A stretch of 64,000 bases of DNA from an uncultured Lentimicrobiaceae bacterium (GCA_964593705.1 CAZQIV010000007.1:81-64080), one strand, 5' to 3'. Counted from the first letter of the stretch, positions 10,083 to 21,192 are shown. Notes: generated by a model not told the origin, from the sequence alone. Numbers and translations are program-made.

Positions 10083-11228
10083 TTATTCTTTCAGAATGCT
10101 CTTCGAAATCACGAGGCGTTGTATTTGGTTGGTACCTTCATAAATCTGGCAGAGCTTGGCATCGCGCATCATCTTTTCTACGCCAAAGTCCCAGGTGTAG
10201 CCATCGCCACCCATTGCCTGTACAGCATCGGTTGTAACTTCCATGCCGATATCGGAGGCATAAAGTTTCGACATTGCTGAAAGTTTATTCAGTTTTTTCT
10301 TGTCATAATCGTAAGCCCAAGCAGCATTCCAGGTTAATAATCTTGCGGTTTCGATTTTTGTAGCCATATCGGCCAGCATAAAACCAATGGCCTGGTTGGC
10401 AACAATGGGCTTGCCGAACTGCCTCCGGTTCTTGGTCCATTCTTTTGCAGTTTCGTAAGCTGCACGCGCATTTCCAACACTAAGTGCTGCAACTCCTGTA
10501 CGGGTACGGTCGAAGGTTTTCATAGCGATGATAAATCCGTAGCCTTCGTCGCCAATTCGGTTTGCTTCAGGGATTTCCACATCGTGAAACTCAATTTCAT
10601 TTTGCACACTGGCTTTTTGTCCCATTTTTTTAAGATGGGGTTTCATCACCACACCGGGCGAATCGGTAGGAACCAAAAATGCTGTGAGGCTTCGCGATCC
10701 TTTTTCAGGATTGGTCATCGCGAACACGGTAATAAAGGTGGAAGCCTCGGCATTGGTGATAAAGCGTTTATGGCCATTCAAAATATACTTATCACCATGT
10801 TTAATAGCCGTAGATTTGATACCCTGCACATCGGAGCCGGCTTCGGGTTCGGTAAGGCCATAAGCTGCCACACCCTTTACTTCGTTGATGAGGCCAAAGT
10901 ATTTTTTCTTTTGTTCCTCGCTGGCAGCAAGGTAGAGTGGCGTGAGGGCAAGTGTGTTGGCATCAATAGAAATCCCAATACCAATACATCCGGCACCAAG
11001 TTCTTCTGATGCAAAAACACCATCGAGTAAGGAATGGTCGTGCCCGCCATAAATTTTTGGCATGGGGCCATTCATGATCTTTTCGTCATAAGCGGCTTTT
11101 ACCACTTCCCAGGGGAATTCAGCCAGTTCGTCATACTTTAATCTGTTGGGGATGATCCACCTTTGGGCGAAGTCGCGATATTTTTCGACTATCTTCTCCT
11201 GCTCAGGTGTAGGTGAGAAATTTATCAT
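10083..11228 (-). CDS. acyl-CoA dehydrogenase (short-chain/butyryl type)
   Basis: 381 aa. Motifs YGLTEPEAGSD and QIYEGTNQIQRLVISK are typical ACAD signatures. Confidence 0.9.
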   Translation of the reverse strand: MINFSPTPEQEKIVEKYRDFAQRWIIPNRLKYDELAEFPWEVVKAAYDEKIMNGPMPKIYGGHDHSLLDGVFASEELGAGCIGIGISIDANTLALTPLYLAASEEQKKKYFGLINEVKGVAAYGLTEPEAGSDVQGIKSTAIKHGDKYILNGHKRFITNAEASTFITVFAMTNPEKGSRSLTAFLVPTDSPGVVMKPHLKKMGQKASVQNEIEFHDVEIPEANRIGDEGYGFIIAMKTFDRTRTGVAALSVGNARAAYETAKEWTKNRRQFGKPIVANQAIGFMLADMATKIETARLLTWNAAWAYDYDKKKLNKLSAMSKLYASDIGMEVTTDAVQAMGGDGYTWDFGVEKMMRDAKLCQIYEGTNQIQRLVISKSILKE

Positions 11229-11263
11229 AGTATAAAAATTAAGGTTAGTTAAATTTTGTCATA

Positions 11264-11400
11264 ATTAGTGTGCGTCCAAAAAGTCGTCATATTTCAATAA
11301 CAAAAAAAACCTCCCGCAGATTTCGCTGATTAGCGCTGATTTTTTTTCTGCGAAGATCTGCGTAATCTGCGGGAAAATTACCAAAAAGACGAATACTAAT
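11264..11400. mobile_element. MITE-like palindromic element, family 1
   Basis: ATTAGTGTGCGTCCAAAAAGTCG ... AAAAAGACGAATACTAAT termini. The core is an imperfect CCCGCAGATTTCGCTGATTAGCGC palindrome (11313-11373). Confidence 0.6.
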
Positions 11401-11491
11401 TAAAGTTAGCAAATTTAAAAAAAACTGGTTTGGTTTGTATGTCAAGTGTGTATTAAATTCAGTTTTCCTTACATTTGTTAAAATTCTAATT

Positions 11492-11926
11492 ATGAAAGAT
11501 CAACACAGAGAGAAAAAGTTTATCAACCTGCCCGAATACCCCGGAGGGAAAAAAGCTTTCCAGGAGTTTATTCGTAAAAACCTGAAATATCCTGTCAAAG
11601 CTCTCGAAAATAAGATAGAGGGGACGGTGCATGTAAAATACAGGGTTGACGGCTTAGGCCGGGTAATTGAAACAGAGGTAACGCATGGTATTGGGAACGG
11701 CTGCGATGAAGAAGCCATAAGAGTGGTAAAATTGTTAAAGTATGGAAAAGCAAAAAACCGTGGTGTGAGGGTTACCGCCTCCATGCGAACGAAGATAAAT
11801 TTCAAATTTCCTGAAAAGGCAACGATTCAATACAATTATGTGAAAACAAAAAAATCTACAAGCAAACCCGAAGAAAAACTCAAGAAAAAGGATGGGGAAT
11901 CTTATGGGTATAGTATTAGTTATTAG
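11492..11926 (+). CDS. TonB C-terminal domain protein
   Basis: PEYPGGKKAFQEFIRKNLKYPVKALENKIEGTVHVKYRV matches the TonB_C pattern. ATG at 11492 is preferred over the upstream start. The last codons run into a TTAGTTATTAG-type repeat. Confidence 0.75.
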   Translation: MKDQHREKKFINLPEYPGGKKAFQEFIRKNLKYPVKALENKIEGTVHVKYRVDGLGRVIETEVTHGIGNGCDEEAIRVVKLLKYGKAKNRGVRVTASMRTKINFKFPEKATIQYNYVKTKKSTSKPEEKLKKKDGESYGYSISY

Positions 11927-12067
11927 TTAATAGTTATTAGTTATTCGTTAATGGTCATTAAACTTTACAACCTTTTCAGGATTATGAGTTTGAATTCCTA
12001 ATGAAGTATGGGATTGCTCCAGAAAAATGCCATTGGCATCTTAACCCTGACAGGGTTTAAAACCCTG

Positions 12068-15000
12068 TCAGGGTTTAATTCCAACAATCTCCCCTCCATT
12101 TTCTCCGCCTTCAGGACCCAATTCAATTTCCAAATCCGCAGCATTGATAAGATCCATGTTGTGCTCTATAATCAGTAAGGTGTGCCCCTGTTCTATCAAT
12201 TTCCTAAAAAGTTTCATCAGCACTTCCACATCCCGAAAATGCAGCCCTGTTGTGGGCTCGTCAAACAGGTAGAGGTTTTGACCTTTGGCAGGATGCATAA
12301 TTTCTTTGGCAAGTTTGAGCCGCTGCAACTCGCCTCCCGAAAGCGTGTTGGTTGACTGTCCCAGCCTGAGGTAGCCCAGCCCAACCTCATTCAGCATTTC
12401 AAGCGCCTGCTTTATTTTTAGATGGAAATTAAAAAAGTGTATGGCTTGTTGGATGGTCATTTCCAAAATATCGAAAATATTTTTGCCCTCAACCCGGCAT
12501 GATAAAACCTGTGCCTTGTATCTTTTCCCCTGACATTCGTCGCAGTTTACCCACACATGCGAAACGAAATCGAGGCTGATTTTTATTTTGCCCTGGCCCT
12601 GGCATTTTTCGCAGCGCCCTCCTTTGGTGTTGAACGAAAAATGTGTTTTCTTTAAATTCAATAAGCCTGCTTCCGGCGTTTTTGCAAACACATCCCTGAT
12701 ATTGTCAAAAATTCCTGTGTAAGTCATGGCGTTGCTCACCTGGCTGGTAGAAATTTGTTCCTGATTTACTACCAGAATTTCATCAAAGTGTTCGAGACCT
12801 TCTATTTTTTCACAGCCAACAGGCCTGCCATTTTTTGCGCTTGCCGCAACAACATCAAACAATAAAGTGGATTTGCCACTTCCAGAAACGCCGCTGATGG
12901 CAACCATTTTGCCCGATGGGATTTTTACATCAATATTTTTAAGGTTATGGGCATAGGCCGATTTTATTGTGATGTATTTCGAAGGCGTAGCCTCTTCATT
13001 AAAAATATTTTCAGCATGATTTTCCAAAGTTTCCTTTTGAAGATATTTGCCCGTTATTGAGACCGGGTTTTGAATAATTTCCCGTGGATTTCCTGTGGCG
13101 ACAAGCTCACCCCCGTTTTCGCCGGCACCCGGGCCAAGCTCGATAAGATGGTCGGCGGCAAGCATCACATCACGGTCATGCTCTACAACTACAACAGTAT
13201 TTCCCATGTCGCGCAACTGCCTGATTATTTTCATGAGTTTTGCCGTATCGCGGGAGTGCAGGCCAATGGTAGGCTCATCCAGCACAAAAGTTACATCGGT
13301 GAGACCGTTGCCCAATTGTGAAGCCAGGCTCACACGCTGCGTTTCACCGCCGGAAAGCGTTGATGCTTTGCGGCTGACCGAAAGATAGCCAAGCCCCAGG
13401 TTTTTAAGTATATCTAATTTTTGCAAAACTTCCTCACGGATTTGTTTTGAAATTTCAATTTGTGTGGTATCTAATGCCAGGTTTTCTCCTATTGGGATTA
13501 CTGCTGCAAAGCCTTTAAAAAAGCTGATTGCTTTTTCAATACTTAAATCCGAAAGTTCCGAAATAGTTTTATTTGCCACCAAATAATCCAAAGTCCCGGC
13601 ATTAAGCCTTGAACCTTTGCATCGTGGGCACAGGTCATGTTTCATAAGTACCATCATCGAATCGCCCCGTTGATCAGCATGTTTGCGATTATATTCTTCG
13701 TTGATCAAATTCACAAACCCTTGCCATTTGCCTTTAAAATTGTGCTCGCCTTCACGTTTTCCCCGTTTATAGACCCAGGTAATTTCATACACATCCTCAC
13801 CTGTTCCAAACATTGCCACCTTTTTTTCATCATGAGATAAATCTTCCCAGGGCTTTTCAAAATCAAAACCATTACGTTTACCCGCAGCATTTAAAGTATG
13901 GATGTACTGTCCGAAAGGATCACCATAAAACTTACCCCATTTATGGCCCTTCATAGCACCTTCGGCGAAGGATTTTTCAGGATTGGTAATCAATTTTTCG
14001 GGGTCGGCCACCGTGATCTCGCCCAGGCCGTCACAAATGTTGCAGGCTCCATGTTGGTGATTAAAAGAAAATAGTGAAGCCAAAGGTTTCGGATTTCCCG
14101 TATTAGATTTCCCGATACGCGAATACAGCAAGCGGTATAAATCGTATAATCCGGTCATGGTACCGAGGGTAGAACGTAAGCCGCCTTTTGTGCCCTGACG
14201 GTTGATTGCAATTACAGGAGTTATGCCATGCACCTCATCAAAGTCGGCTTTGGCCTGCATCCCGATTTGTGTTCGCACATACGGAGAGAAGCTTTCCAAA
14301 AAGCGGTTGCGCCCCTCGGCATAAAGCGTATCGAAGGCAAGCGATGATTTTCCACTGCCCGAAACTCCGGTAATAACAGTGATTTTATTTTTTGGAATAT
14401 CAACATCAATACTTTTCAGATTGTGTGTGCTAACCCCCTTGAAACTTATACTATCATGCGTGTTGACAGTCGAAACTATATTTTCAATTTCTTTATTTTG
14501 ATGATTAAAATATTGGTTCAAAGCCTGCCCGGTCAGGGATTGCTTTTCATGCAAAATCGCGGAAGGCGAACCCTGAAAGATCAGCTTACCGCCTGCTTTT
14601 CCACTGCCTGGGCCAAGGTCGATAATATGATTGGCAGCGGCAATTACTCCGGGATGATGTTCGATCACAATTACTGTATTTCCATTTTCTACCAGGCCTT
14701 TCAGCGATTGAAGCAGCACTTTAACATCTGCATTGTGAAGGCCAACCGTGGGTTCATCCAAAATATAAAGTGTGTGGGCCGATGCCGGCTTTGAGAGTTC
14801 AGTGGCCAATTTTACACGTTGTGCTTCGCCGCCGCTCAGGGTTGTGGAGCGCTGCCCCAGTTTTAAATAGCCAAGCCCCAAGTCATCAAGTGTTTTAACA
14901 ATGCGATATATTTTGGGCTGATCGCTAAAGAAATCCACTGCTTCCGAAATACTCAATTCGAGAATTTCATAAATGTTTTTTTGTTGAAACCTAATTTCTA

Positions 15001-16966
15001 AGGTTTCCTCGTTAAAACGCTTGCCATTACATGCATCACAAATAATTTCCACATCGCCCAAAAAGTGCATGCCTACCTGCTGGAAGCCGGCACCCTGACA
15101 TTTTTCGCATCGCCCGCCAACCACATTAAAAGAGAACCTGCCTTTTTTCCAGCCACGCTGTTTCGATTCGGGGAGGGTAGCAAAAACATCCCTGATGTGG
15201 TCGGATAAATTGGTGTAGGTGGCGGGATTGCTACGCGGCGTTTTACCGATGGGCGCCTGATCTATCATCACCACTTTCTTAATGGTTTCCCATCCGGAAA
15301 TATTTTCATGTTTTCCGGGCCAGGCTGTGGAACCATGCAGCTTCATCTTCAGAAATCGGGCAAGAATGGTTTGGGTTAGCGTAGATTTGCCGGCACCGGA
15401 AACTCCCGTTACCACATTATAATCCGCCAAATGAAAATCAACATTAATACTTTTCAGATTATTTTCTGATGCGCCTTCAATCGAGATGAGGCCGCCGGAT
15501 GATTTATTAGCATCTGAAAAATTGAAGAATTCTTTTCCACCTAAAAAAGCAAGGGTTTTACTTTTAACGTTATTTAATCCTGATAAAGAACGTAGGGATG
15601 AATTCACCAAAACTTCCCCGCCATCCACACCGGCTCCCGGGCCAATGTCGATGACATGATCGGCATGTTGCAGGTATTCGTCATCGTGCTCAACCACAAT
15701 CACAGTGTTTCCGTTATTGCGCAAAGATTTTAGCACCGCTATCATTTTTTGGTTTTCGGTGGGATGCAGCCCGATGGAGGGCTCATCGAAAATATACAAA
15801 ACACCCTGGAGATTTGAAGTAACCTGGGTTGCCAAACGCAATCGCTGGCTCTCGCCTCCCGAAAGTGAGGTGGATTCCCGATTTATTTGCAGATAGCCTG
15901 TTCCAAGCTTTTCGAGTAGTTCCACTTTCGACAAAATTTCGTTTGTGAGTGGTTCAGCAATATCATTTTTCTGAGGGCTCAACTTGTATTCCTTAAAAAA
16001 GACACCCAGTTCGGTAAGCGAAAGTGCGGATAGTTCGGCAATATTTTTTTCATGCCAATATACCGACAGGGCATTATTGTTCAATCGTTTTCCGTGGCAG
16101 GCGCTGCAGCTCTCCGACCTTACAAAACGGAGAATGTTTTTGTTGCGATCGCGTTTGAGAATTTCTGCCATCACCGGAATTACTCCTTTATAAAAACCGG
16201 TATCGCGGGGTTTGGCCGTGATGCCACTCCACTTCATGCGCGATTCGAGGGTATGTTTCCCGAAAGGGATTTCAATTTTGTTGCTCCCAAAAAAAACAAC
16301 ATCTTTTTGTTCGGGAGTTAATTCTTTCCATGGGATATCCACATTAAAACCCTCGGCACGACACACCTCATCCAGCACATCCATAGTTACCTGCGAGTAA
16401 ATAATATAACCGTTGGGAGCGGTAATCACAAAAGCGCCTTCGCGCAACGATTTGTTTTTGTCAGCCACAATAAGCTCCGGGTCTATCCTGTCCTCCACAC
16501 CCAGGCCATTACAATGGGGGCAGGCTCCGGCAGGAGAATTGAACGAAAAAAGGTTCTTGTCGATTTTAAAAACAGGGTTCTCAATTTCAGATTTTCCCAA
16601 TCGGGCAAACAATAAGCGCAAATAATCGTAAATGCCTGTAATAGTGCCAACGGTGGAGCGCGGATTGCGGATCACAGTTTTTTGATTGACAGCGATGGCT
16701 GGCGAAAGGCCTTCGATTTTTTCAACATCGGGTTTTTTCATCTTACCCAAAAACTGGCGGGCATACGAAGAAAAAGTTCCCAGGTAGCGATTTTCGGCTT
16801 CGCGATAAATTACATCATACACCAACGATGACTTGCCCGAGCCGGAAACCCCGGTAACTACAACTAATTTGTTTTTAGGGATTTCGAGCGAAATATTTTT
16901 AAGATTATTCTCGGAAGCGTTCTGTATTATTATTTTGGATGACATACTTTTCAAATTTTGCTGCAA
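12068..16966 (-). CDS. tandem-fused double UvrA-like ABC ATPase
   Basis: 1632 aa. Four Walker A motifs ([36 protein letters not shown]). Four ABC signatures ([32 protein letters not shown]). Paired CxxC zinc modules occur in each half. Each half (~800 aa) is a complete UvrA-class unit. Confidence 0.85.
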   Translation of the reverse strand: MQQNLKSMSSKIIIQNASENNLKNISLEIPKNKLVVVTGVSGSGKSSLVYDVIYREAENRYLGTFSSYARQFLGKMKKPDVEKIEGLSPAIAVNQKTVIRNPRSTVGTITGIYDYLRLLFARLGKSEIENPVFKIDKNLFSFNSPAGACPHCNGLGVEDRIDPELIVADKNKSLREGAFVITAPNGYIIYSQVTMDVLDEVCRAEGFNVDIPWKELTPEQKDVVFFGSNKIEIPFGKHTLESRMKWSGITAKPRDTGFYKGVIPVMAEILKRDRNKNILRFVRSESCSACHGKRLNNNALSVYWHEKNIAELSALSLTELGVFFKEYKLSPQKNDIAEPLTNEILSKVELLEKLGTGYLQINRESTSLSGGESQRLRLATQVTSNLQGVLYIFDEPSIGLHPTENQKMIAVLKSLRNNGNTVIVVEHDDEYLQHADHVIDIGPGAGVDGGEVLVNSSLRSLSGLNNVKSKTLAFLGGKEFFNFSDANKSSGGLISIEGASENNLKSINVDFHLADYNVVTGVSGAGKSTLTQTILARFLKMKLHGSTAWPGKHENISGWETIKKVVMIDQAPIGKTPRSNPATYTNLSDHIRDVFATLPESKQRGWKKGRFSFNVVGGRCEKCQGAGFQQVGMHFLGDVEIICDACNGKRFNEETLEIRFQQKNIYEILELSISEAVDFFSDQPKIYRIVKTLDDLGLGYLKLGQRSTTLSGGEAQRVKLATELSKPASAHTLYILDEPTVGLHNADVKVLLQSLKGLVENGNTVIVIEHHPGVIAAANHIIDLGPGSGKAGGKLIFQGSPSAILHEKQSLTGQALNQYFNHQNKEIENIVSTVNTHDSISFKGVSTHNLKSIDVDIPKNKITVITGVSGSGKSSLAFDTLYAEGRNRFLESFSPYVRTQIGMQAKADFDEVHGITPVIAINRQGTKGGLRSTLGTMTGLYDLYRLLYSRIGKSNTGNPKPLASLFSFNHQHGACNICDGLGEITVADPEKLITNPEKSFAEGAMKGHKWGKFYGDPFGQYIHTLNAAGKRNGFDFEKPWEDLSHDEKKVAMFGTGEDVYEITWVYKRGKREGEHNFKGKWQGFVNLINEEYNRKHADQRGDSMMVLMKHDLCPRCKGSRLNAGTLDYLVANKTISELSDLSIEKAISFFKGFAAVIPIGENLALDTTQIEISKQIREEVLQKLDILKNLGLGYLSVSRKASTLSGGETQRVSLASQLGNGLTDVTFVLDEPTIGLHSRDTAKLMKIIRQLRDMGNTVVVVEHDRDVMLAADHLIELGPGAGENGGELVATGNPREIIQNPVSITGKYLQKETLENHAENIFNEEATPSKYITIKSAYAHNLKNIDVKIPSGKMVAISGVSGSGKSTLLFDVVAASAKNGRPVGCEKIEGLEHFDEILVVNQEQISTSQVSNAMTYTGIFDNIRDVFAKTPEAGLLNLKKTHFSFNTKGGRCEKCQGQGKIKISLDFVSHVWVNCDECQGKRYKAQVLSCRVEGKNIFDILEMTIQQAIHFFNFHLKIKQALEMLNEVGLGYLRLGQSTNTLSGGELQRLKLAKEIMHPAKGQNLYLFDEPTTGLHFRDVEVLMKLFRKLIEQGHTLLIIEHNMDLINAADLEIELGPEGGENGGEIVGIKP

Positions 16967-17089
16967 AGATCGGATTTTACTGTGGAAGCAAATGCATGGA
17001 TTTGAAAGCGTGTAAAACCCTAAATAAATTGGATCTACAACTATTTTTGTGGATGTAAATATGGGCTATTACTGTACATAGATTTTTCA

Positions 17090-17385
17090 GTCACCGAATG
17101 GTCGGGATCCCGCATGTGCGGGACTTCGCTCCTTACAAATGACAACTTTTTGTAAAACGTTGAAAACCCTACTATTAAATAGACCTCTCAGTCCCCGAAT
17201 GGTCGGGGCAGGCTGCAAGCTCCATCGAGGTGACAAAACTCCCGGTATGGTGGTGGGAGGAGGGGAATCGGGCGCTTCGCGCCCGATTCCCCTCCTCCCA
17301 AATCAACGCATGGTCAGGGTCATTTCGACCAAAAAACGTAGCGAAGCAAGTTTTGCCGGGAGAAATCTATTAACAAATTTCTATC
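17090..17385. repeat. mosaic palindromic repeat region, family 3
   Basis: Contains a 20-bp-stem hairpin GGGAGGAGGGGAATCGGGCG..CGCCCGATTCCCCTCCTCCC (17255-17299), a TTACAAATGACAACTTTTTGTAAAACGTTGA module, and AAAAAACGTAGCGAAGC...GAGAAATCTATT. All three are shared with 43805-44050 and 47690-47935. Confidence 0.55.
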
Positions 17386-17538
17386 ACTATTATTTGTCAT
17401 CAATAACTACTAAATCATTCATATTTTACTTTCCACTAAATTCGGAATAACACCAAAAAAGTGAGCTATTAATTTGGAAAGATAAATGATACTTCATATT
17501 TTTACGCCTAAAAAATACGCATCAAAAAAATAAACACC

Positions 17539-19989
17539 ATGAAAAAAATTATTCTTCTTACCCTGACCCTCCTCTTGCTTGCATTTTACACCATTGGTCA
17601 AAACAACAGCGATATTTTAAAAGAATTTAGCACAACTCCCAACCTTTTCGATAAATCGCGCATTTCCTACTACATCAACTCAGAAAAATTGAACCCTAAT
17701 GATTATGAAGGATATTATTATCGTGGGATAATGAATCTTGAAAATGGTTTGTACCAGAAAGCCATCGAAAATTTCAGACATGTTATTTTGCCGCAGCAAA
17801 ACGTTGTGGGTGGCAACGATGGTTTTGCCGAGCCCTATTTTAATATTGGCCTTTGCAAATCGATGTTGCAGGAATATGATAGCGCTTTATTTTATTATGA
17901 CCGCACTATCGAAATTAACCCTCTTCATTCTGAGGCGCACAACGAACGTGGCATTCTGTACATGAGTTACGGAGAGTACGAATGGGCCTTGAAAGAGTTT
18001 GAGGATGCCTGGTTGTACAATGTAGAAGCCATGCACTCCTATTATAATATTGCCTACATCAAATACTTGATGGGCGATGAAAAAGAGGCAAAAAAGATTT
18101 TGAAAAAAGTGATTAAAAAGTTTCCGGAATACGACATGTCTTATGCGCTGTCAGGCTCGATAGATATGGAAAATAAAAAGTATAAAAAGGCCGAAGAGAA
18201 ATTATCAAAAGCCCTTGCCCTTAATCCATACAATGATTTTGCATTGGGAAACCGTGCGCTAAATCGCGTAAATTTGGGATTTGCAAATCAAAGCAAAGTT
18301 TACCTCGAACTTGCCTACGAAGACTTGCAGAAGCTTATTTCCCTTGATTCGACTTATGCAAAAGCTTATTCGGTTTGCTCGGTAATCGATATGATTTTGG
18401 AACATTATGACAAAGCCTTGAAAAATGCATACATGGCCACGAAAATCATTTATGAAAACCCTGAATATTATGCTACAACTTATCCGATTGACCGCCTTGA
18501 GTTTTATTTGTTTACCAGACTTTACGATGGGAGCTACCTGCCCGGGCAAGAAAAGGAATTGGCTGTTAAATACCTGAAATATGTGCTTGCACTAGGTGGG
18601 AAAAATCCTGACAAGGAACTGGAGGAATTTGAAAAGAGGCCAGATTTAACTGTATTCATGCAGCAACTGTTGCTATACCATTATTTGAAAATCGCTGACC
18701 ACGAAAAAGCAACATTGTATGTTGATCAGTTGCTTCAATCGGATAATGCTGAAATACACCTGAAAGTGATCAAGGCGCTTTTGATGACAAAATTGCCAAC
18801 CGGTGACCAAGGATCAGAATATTTGCAGGAACTGGCTAAAAATGACAGCAGCTATGCTTTTCTTCATTTTACCCTGGGCTTGCAGTATGCACACATCAGC
18901 AATTACGAAGATGCAGTTGATTGTTATAATAAAGCCATCGAAATTGCTCCTGAATATGTTGTTGCCTACCAGGAAAGGGGGCGTGCTTATGATTTTATGA
19001 AAGATTTCAGGGCTTCGCTTAACGATGCTGTGGTAACACTTTTGCTCGATGAAACTGATTTTTACGGGTGGTATCTTGCAGGTCGCTCGTATAATAAGTT
19101 GTCGGAACCCGACTCGGCTATTCAATGTCTCGATTTGTCCATCAGCCTGAAACCGGATTACATTTATCCATACCTTGAGAAACAATATAGCTACACGCTA
19201 AAAATGGAATTTGAAAAAGCACCCACGGTTCTTGATCAATATATTCGGACTAACCCGGATTCATACCTGGGTTACCTTTACAGGGGGAAGTCAAAAGCCG
19301 GATACGATACTAAAGCGGCTTTTAAAGATATTGATAAAGCCAAACAGATATCGGGAATAAGTTCTAATGTTTACGAAGCTTATGGAGATGTCTATTATGA
19401 GAATATGCAGGATTACAGGGCTGCCATTGATAACTATAAGAATGCAGCAAGCTTGCGACCGGGAACAATTAATGTGTGTATTCGTATAGCGCTGTGTTAC
19501 TATTATCTGGAAGAATATGTAAGCGCCATTACCTATTACGAAAAAGCAATGGAGATTGATTCGGCGAATGTTTTTGTTGTAAACAATACAGGACATTGTT
19601 TCTCAAAATTGGGCAACTACAATAAAGCTGTAGAATATTTTGTGAAAGCTATCGAAATAGATTCTACCTATACCAATGCTGTGGGTAATGCCGGCTGGAA
19701 TTACTATCTATTGGGCGAATACGATCTAAGTATTAAATACTCTTTAAGAGCTATTGAACTCGATTCAACGGCTTACTACGCCATGTTTAACCGGGCACTG
19801 GCAACCTTGCGCTTAGCGAAAGTGGAAGAGGCAAAAGCCCTGTACGCGAAATATTATGAAGTGGTGAAAGACCTTGACCGGGAAAAGTACAATGGAGCCA
19901 TCGAAGATTTAAAGCAACTGGTAAACGAAAATAATATGGCTGAAGAAGCCCGGGCCATTTTGAAAGATTATTTTAATGTGGAGATGTAA
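17539..19989 (+). CDS. secreted tetratricopeptide-repeat protein
   Basis: 816 aa with an N-terminal signal peptide (MKKIILLTLTLLLLAF). Many TPR-like A..Y/F...A...P units. Confidence 0.8.
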   Translation: MKKIILLTLTLLLLAFYTIGQNNSDILKEFSTTPNLFDKSRISYYINSEKLNPNDYEGYYYRGIMNLENGLYQKAIENFRHVILPQQNVVGGNDGFAEPYFNIGLCKSMLQEYDSALFYYDRTIEINPLHSEAHNERGILYMSYGEYEWALKEFEDAWLYNVEAMHSYYNIAYIKYLMGDEKEAKKILKKVIKKFPEYDMSYALSGSIDMENKKYKKAEEKLSKALALNPYNDFALGNRALNRVNLGFANQSKVYLELAYEDLQKLISLDSTYAKAYSVCSVIDMILEHYDKALKNAYMATKIIYENPEYYATTYPIDRLEFYLFTRLYDGSYLPGQEKELAVKYLKYVLALGGKNPDKELEEFEKRPDLTVFMQQLLLYHYLKIADHEKATLYVDQLLQSDNAEIHLKVIKALLMTKLPTGDQGSEYLQELAKNDSSYAFLHFTLGLQYAHISNYEDAVDCYNKAIEIAPEYVVAYQERGRAYDFMKDFRASLNDAVVTLLLDETDFYGWYLAGRSYNKLSEPDSAIQCLDLSISLKPDYIYPYLEKQYSYTLKMEFEKAPTVLDQYIRTNPDSYLGYLYRGKSKAGYDTKAAFKDIDKAKQISGISSNVYEAYGDVYYENMQDYRAAIDNYKNAASLRPGTINVCIRIALCYYYLEEYVSAITYYEKAMEIDSANVFVVNNTGHCFSKLGNYNKAVEYFVKAIEIDSTYTNAVGNAGWNYYLLGEYDLSIKYSLRAIELDSTAYYAMFNRALATLRLAKVEEAKALYAKYYEVVKDLDREKYNGAIEDLKQLVNENNMAEEARAILKDYFNVEM

Positions 19990-20010
19990 AGCCGGAAGAA
20001 ATCCACAACT
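19942..20010 (+). repeat. 3' end of TPR gene, copy A of a triplicated ~70-bp segment
   Basis: GAAGAAGCCCGGGCCATTTTGAAAGATTATTTTAATGTGGAGATGTAAAGCCGGAAGAAATCCACAACT recurs at 21105-21192 and 26484-26572. Confidence 0.8.
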
Positions 20011-20194
20011 TAAAGATAGCTTGTACTTTATATTATTACACATAAAAAAATGAAAACGAGCCAATAAAAACAATAAATCACAACTATGGAACAAATTGAA
20101 AAAGGAATATTGTTGGCTAAACCACGGGAGGATATATTTTAAAAATTATTATTGAACATTTGAAAAGAGTACATTTGTTAAAACTTTTAGTGAT

Positions 20195-20767
20195 TTGAAA
20201 AGACTTTTTATTATATCAGGTTGTAATGGAGCTGGAAAAACAACAGCTTCCTATACTATCTTGCCTGAAATGTTAAATTGCGATGAATTCGTAAATGCTG
20301 ATGAAATAGCAAAAGGGCTGTCTCCTTTTAATCCTGAATCAGCCGCAATTCAATCTGGAAGGCTAATGCTTGAAAGAATAAACAAGCTTATTGAATGTGG
20401 AAATGATTTTGCATTTGAGACAACATTAGCAACCAGGACTTACAAAAATTTTGTGATTAAGGCTCAGGATCATGGTTACCAGGTCACACTTCTATTCTTT
20501 TGGCTTAGGTCTCAGGAATTAGCTGTAAAACGTGTGGAGACGAGAGTTAAGGAAGGTGGTCATAATATCCCCGAAGTAACCATTAGAAGACGTTATCAGA
20601 ATGGATTGAAAAATTTCTTTGGAATATTTGAAACAATTGTTGATGAATGGATACTTATCGATAATTCAGGTGAGCCTTATGAGATAATTGCTCAAAAGAA
20701 CAATTCTGTTATTTCAATTAAAAATGAAGGCATTTGGGAAAGCCTCTTAAAAACATATAAAACTTAA
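20195..20767 (+). CDS. zeta-toxin-like P-loop kinase (COG4185-type ATPase)
   Basis: 190 aa with a TTG start. Walker A is GCNGAGKTT. The overall pattern matches zeta_toxin / AAA_33 family proteins. Confidence 0.7.
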   Translation: MKRLFIISGCNGAGKTTASYTILPEMLNCDEFVNADEIAKGLSPFNPESAAIQSGRLMLERINKLIECGNDFAFETTLATRTYKNFVIKAQDHGYQVTLLFFWLRSQELAVKRVETRVKEGGHNIPEVTIRRRYQNGLKNFFGIFETIVDEWILIDNSGEPYEIIAQKNNSVISIKNEGIWESLLKTYKT

Positions 20768-20771
20768 GGTT

Positions 20772-20936
20772 ATGGACAATAGTGAAAAAATAATTGAGGG
20801 ATTAGAGAAAGCTTACAAAAGGCTTATTGAATTCAAGAAGTATAAAAAAACACCTTTAATTGTTTTAAAAGGAGGTGAGATTATTGAGATTGCACCTGAA
20901 AACATCACCAACCTCGTTAATGTATATAAAAAATAG
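20772..20936 (+). CDS. small ORF (54 aa) coupled to the zeta-like gene, candidate partner/antitoxin
   Basis: ATG lies 4 nt after the zeta-like stop. Product is MDNSEKIIEGLEKAYKRLIEFKKYKKTPLIVLKGGEIIEIAPENITNLVNVYKK*. It is below the ORF-track length cutoff and has no recognisable homology. Confidence 0.35.
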   Translation: MDNSEKIIEGLEKAYKRLIEFKKYKKTPLIVLKGGEIIEIAPENITNLVNVYKK

Positions 20937-21104
20937 GTGAGAGCGTAGTAAATTAACGAGTTGTAGTTCGCTTCCCCCGAAAGCTTTCGGGGCTTCTTGT
21001 ACCATACCAGGAAAGCTCCACACAATCCCCAACGCTTCATACATCAACCCGTGGCAATAGTTAAGAATCAAAAAGCAAAACTATTAAAACCGGGGAATTT
21101 ATTA

Positions 21105-21192
21105 CAGTAGTACCAATTTGAAAGAAAAAGCCCGGGCCATTTTAAAAGATTATTTTGATGTGGAGGTGTAAAGCCGGGAAAAATCCCCAGTT
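21105..21192 (+). repeat. relic of a TPR-gene 3' end, copy B
   Basis: Reads ...SSTNLKEKARAILKDYFDVEV* followed by AAGCCGGGAAAAATCCCCAGTT. Homologous to 19942-20010. Confidence 0.75.

Noticed and set aside
9738-10280. 180-aa ORF on the plus strand
   Set aside because: Its 3' third is antisense to the well-supported acyl-CoA dehydrogenase gene. The rest covers repeat elements, including family-2 copy 10026-10067.
11229-11263. Rex operator (TTGTGAA..TTCACAA-type) near redox genes such as the acyl-CoA dehydrogenase and the FAD oxidoreductase
   Set aside because: Only partial half-site-like strings were seen and no convincing dyad, so nothing is reported.
17139-17450. 103-aa ORF between the UvrA-like and TPR genes
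   Set aside because: It consists entirely of palindromic repeat modules (family 3), and its translation has no protein-like features.
20813-21071. Minus-strand ORFs 20813..21040 and 20865..21071
   Set aside because: They overlap the operon-coupled small plus-strand ORF and a hairpin-rich spacer (CCCCCGAAAGCTTTCGGGG). Nothing supports them.
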